This document shows, piece by piece, positions 62,791 through 64,000 of a stretch of DNA of 64,000 nt (positions are counted from its first letter, which is position 1; each line of letters opens with the position of its first letter). The translations under genes and the position numbers were made by a program. Under the pieces are notes generated by a model. The model was not told the origin of the DNA, did no database searches, and worked only from the letters and a program-made list of their open reading frames with translations. The stretch is from Octopus sinensis (Eukaryota). Where the stretch lies: contig NC_043012.1 of NCBI RefSeq assembly GCF_006345805.1, positions 55,180,001-55,244,000 of the forward strand, read 5' to 3'.

Positions 62791-64000
62791 CTGTTAAAAT
62801 GAATTTGATACAACTAAATGTATTTCCAGAGTTGAATTATTGTAATAAAGAAGATACACATAACAGAAAACAAATACAAATGACAAAAACAAATAAACAA
62901 ACAAACAAAAGTATAGGGATATTCACATCATCATCATTATCGTTTAACGTCCGCTTTCCATGCCAGCATGGGTTGGATGATTTGACTGATGACTGGTGAA
63001 CTGGATGGCTGCACCAGGCTCCAATCTTGATCTGGCAGAGTTTCTACAGCTGGATGCCCTTCCTAACACCAACCACTCAGAGTATAGTGGGTGGTTTTAC
63101 ATGCCACTGGCACGAGGGCCAGTTAGGCGGTACTGGCAACGGCCATGCTCAAATAATGTTTTTTTACATGCCACCTGTACAGGATCCAGTTGACATTATT
63201 ATGTCGACACTCAGGGAAGAAAAGAAAAAGTAAAAGTTAAGGTGGTGCACTGTGTCCTTGAGCAAGACACTTTTATTTCATATTGCGCAAGTCTGGCACT
63301 TGCCTGGCAAAAATGAGTTGCACTTATAATTCAAAGAGTCAACCTGGGTCATACTGAACCTCCCTGAGAACTATGTTAAGGGTTATGAGTGTTTGTGGAG
63401 TGCTCAGCCACCTGCGTGTTAATTTCAGATTGCATCAACTGGAACACTCGTCATTGTAACTGATGGAGTGCTAGTTTGTGTGCATGTGTGTATCTCTCTC
63501 TCTCTCCTTATATATATATAACGTGGCTGTTGCCAGCCTCGCCTGGCCCCCGTACCGGTGGCACATAAAAAGCACCCACTACACTCACGGAGTAGTTGGC
63601 GTTAGGAAGGGCATCCAGCCGTAGAAACATTCCCAGACCCCAGTTGAACCGTCCAACCCATGCTAGCATGGAAAGCGGACACTAAATGATGATGATGATA
63701 TATATATATATATATACACATATACAAACACACACACATTAGAGTATTAGAGTGATTTACTCTTTTACTTGTTTCAGTCATTTGACTGTGGCCATGCTGG
63801 AGCACCGCCTTTAGTTGAGCAAATCGACCCCAGAACTTATTCTTTGTAAACCCAGTATTTATTCTACCGGTCTCTTTTGCTGAACCGCTAAGTTATGGGG
63901 GACGTAAATACAACAGTATCGGTTGTCAAGTGAGGTTGGGAGGACAAACACAGACATACAAACATATATATATATATACGACGGGCTTCTTTCAGTTCCT

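Noticed and set aside
62791-64000. Search for the first three COPG coding exons (MLKK...ARVFNETP...)
   Set aside because: Not found; the segment is repeats, so these exons must lie beyond the window.

Overview
AT-rich eukaryotic genomic DNA, almost certainly a coleoid cephalopod and most likely Octopus. This is inferred from very dense (TA)n/(CA)n microsatellites and recurrent tRNA-derived SINEs, RTE/CR1 LINE relics, piggyBac/hAT MITEs and Helitrons; no database check was possible. One protein-coding gene is clear: coatomer subunit gamma (gamma-COP, COPG1/COPG2 co-ortholog) on the minus strand. I resolved 22 coding exons by hand between 62790 and 28252. All have GT-AG boundaries, and they splice into one uninterrupted 2460-nt frame (819 aa + stop). 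The first ~57 codons lie beyond the right edge of the window. Positions 1-28 kb are mostly transposon relics plus a CpG-rich, promoter-like region at ~19-21 kb that may start a second, unidentified minus-strand gene. Nearly all other ORFs in the supplied track are microsatellite or repeat artefacts. There are no CRISPR arrays, rRNA or bona fide tRNA genes. The most interesting, and still speculative, signals are: (1) a frame-preserving 177-nt candidate cassette exon in the COPG trunk-appendage linker whose only stop (UAG) sits in a hairpin and could be recoded by A-to-I editing; (2) Penelope-type minimal hammerhead-ribozyme-like motifs with a variant core; (3) several long hairpins and inverted repeat pairs that bracket COPG exons; (4) a COPG exon that reads in frame into an intronic RTE fragment; (5) a 104-bp segment copied between two COPG introns.
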